Assembly (NCBI GenBank): GCA_964187785.1
Contig: OZ076409.1
Span: forward strand, 53,880,001-53,944,000
Length of the DNA: 64,000 bases
Reading direction: 5' to 3'
Source of the DNA: Amphiscolops sp. MND2022
Taxonomy: Eukaryota
This document shows positions 62,150 through 64,000 of the stretch, in pieces. Both the position numbers and the translations under genes were made by a program. Below the pieces are notes generated by a model. It did no database searches, was not told the origin of the DNA, and worked only from the letters and a program-made list of their open reading frames with translations. Numbering within the stretch: the stretch's first letter is position 1; each line of letters starts with the position of its first letter.

Positions 62150-64000
62150 TGTAACAAGTTGTGTTCGACGCAGATTTTACGAGGACAGGTCTGATCTGTC
62201 AAAAACTCTAATTCAAACAAAGTCATGCTCATCAGAACTCACGCTGAGAGCATGCAGTGTACTGTGGTGGTGTCTAGACATACCCTAAAGTAATTGTGAG
62301 TGCGAAAAAAATTAAATTGCGTAATACTAACAACCTGTCGAACTTAGCTAAAGTGACAAAACAAAACCTTTTGCCATAAATCAGATTTCATACCGCTTAC
62401 AAGTTGCTAGCCAAATCTTGCTTTCATCCACACTGAGTTCGTTAGACGTTAACAGCGCGCTGCGAACAAATAACGAAGATCAATTCAATTCTCCTGTATC
62501 GAGAACGAATTACTTCTGGCAAGAAGACGAAAAAGAGCATTCATATGATTGGGAACAGTGGTTGCAGCTTTTCGAAGTAGCAGTGTTAGCTCGCCATTCA
62601 ATCTCAGTATTCAAGTTAACAAGATATGCAGATGAGCAGAATCCGCGAGTAGCAGCCCTGATGGTAAATATCAAAACGGTGCCAGCCGCAAAAAAAAGTG
62701 ACGAGTCTGTCGTATATTTCGATTCGAATAACTGGCAAAGAAATGATTAAGGATGATTTATCACAAATCAAAACTTTTCTATATAATTGCCACAATTCAT
62801 ACAATAATGCAATGAATTCTTCCAAATGCGTCGTAATAAAACCCTGGATCGACATCCCTCCTTATCCAGGAAGCAAAAGTCGACGGAGTTACTCCACGAA
62901 ATTTGGAATGTCCCCAATGGACTAGCTGCAAATTGTGACTTTGGAACCCATACAGATGGATTGGTGTACGACGTTTTCGTGTTGATTATGTCAAACAAAC
63001 AGGTGAAGGAAAAACTCTGCACAGGACCGAAAGATAACACGGCCTAGGCCCTTCCATTTGCTATCGCGTTTGAGGTCGGGCCAAAAAGGCAGAAGACATA
63101 TGGAGTCACCAATCATTAAACGAAACCAAGAGAAGAGCCAATTAGCACTTTAAACGGAAGCAGATCGAACACGCTAGAAAGTTGAAGATGCGGCCTTGGT
63201 AATTTCGCGCTGGACCATTTGAAGTTCTGTGAGGGATCGACCGCAATGTGCAGCTTTTGTGGTAGAAAAGGTCATGTACGGCAATTGCCCAACCAAAAGA
63301 AGAAAGAGGCAGATTCAAAGTAATTGGCATTGGCATTAGTGAACAAACAAGCCTACGTGTGCAACTGGGTGACCAGTAAGAACAAGAGAACGACGAAAAT
63401 CCCATGTTAGTTATTGTTGAAGAAGAAGACGAAATTATCAAGCCGTAATACAATGAATCATATATAAACAGAAACAGGTTCAAAGCAATGATCGACTCTG
63501 AATTGCCGGTAACAATTTCTGCATAAGATAAACTAAAACACATCATGAGGAGAGAAATCTTTCAGGTGCCAGAGGTGATAACTGGCGAGCCTACGTGGAT
63601 TCTATTGGGAAATCATTAAATCTCCTGAGATGTGTACTCTGAGAATTACAATGTAACAATAAGGTAAGAGAACTGGGGCAAACAACGCAACAAATATAAG
63701 TTTTGGGATAGAATGGGTGTCAACGCTTCGATACATGTTTGCGCCAGAAAGTGAAGCTGAGCTAGAAGTCAGTTCAATAGCGAAGGACGAAGAACTGAAA
63801 CTCGGGATTAAGAATTAGGTAATGAAATCACGAAAAAGATTCTGTTCAAAAGATATTTTGTCCAAAGTAAATGGAAAGATAAGAGAGTCAAAGCAAAACT
63901 AAGAAGATGCGAAAACTACGCAACAAAACGAAGGCCGATTCCGATTTGACTACAAAGAAAGGTTTAGATTCGGAAAAAAACTCCTGGAAAAGGAAGGTCA
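62150..64000 (+). mobile_element. Decayed LTR retrotransposon (gag and protease remnants), runs off the window
   Basis: FWQ...DWEQWLQLFEVAV and LAANCDFG...LVYDVFV gag-like motifs; FKAMIDS..PVTI protease-like motif at ~63480; many stops. Confidence 0.65.

Overview
AT-rich eukaryotic (metazoan-type, spliceosomal introns) genomic DNA dominated by transposable elements. (1) A 20-kb minus-strand Ty3/Gypsy-type LTR retrotransposon spans 2901-22955, with ~1.49-kb LTRs (TGTCG...CGACA) and a CTGAT target-site duplication. Its gag starts inside the 5' LTR and reads through the PBS. An extra sense ORF runs through the PPT into the 3' LTR. It carries an antisense, 6-exon, ~1310-aa BED-like zinc-finger gene that looks hAT-transposase-derived. 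A 24-bp motif (TTGCCGTC-N4-KGAC-N4-GGTC) occurs about 21 times across it in both orientations. Together these suggest a self-encoded regulator plus binding-site system, which is inference only. (2) A ~17.8-kb plus-strand Gypsy-type element (25534-43350) has gag, pol, a chuvirus/gB-like class III env and further ORFs, and is inserted in a Tc1-like remnant. (3) Two host genes are present: 7-exon ODAD3/CCDC151 and 3-exon ferritin. (4) Smaller features are HINE/DINE-like non-autonomous elements, a PIF/Harbinger-like nested insertion, MITEs, a 118-bp palindrome, an orphan acidic ORF and a decayed Gypsy at the right edge. All calls were made by eye, with no database searches.
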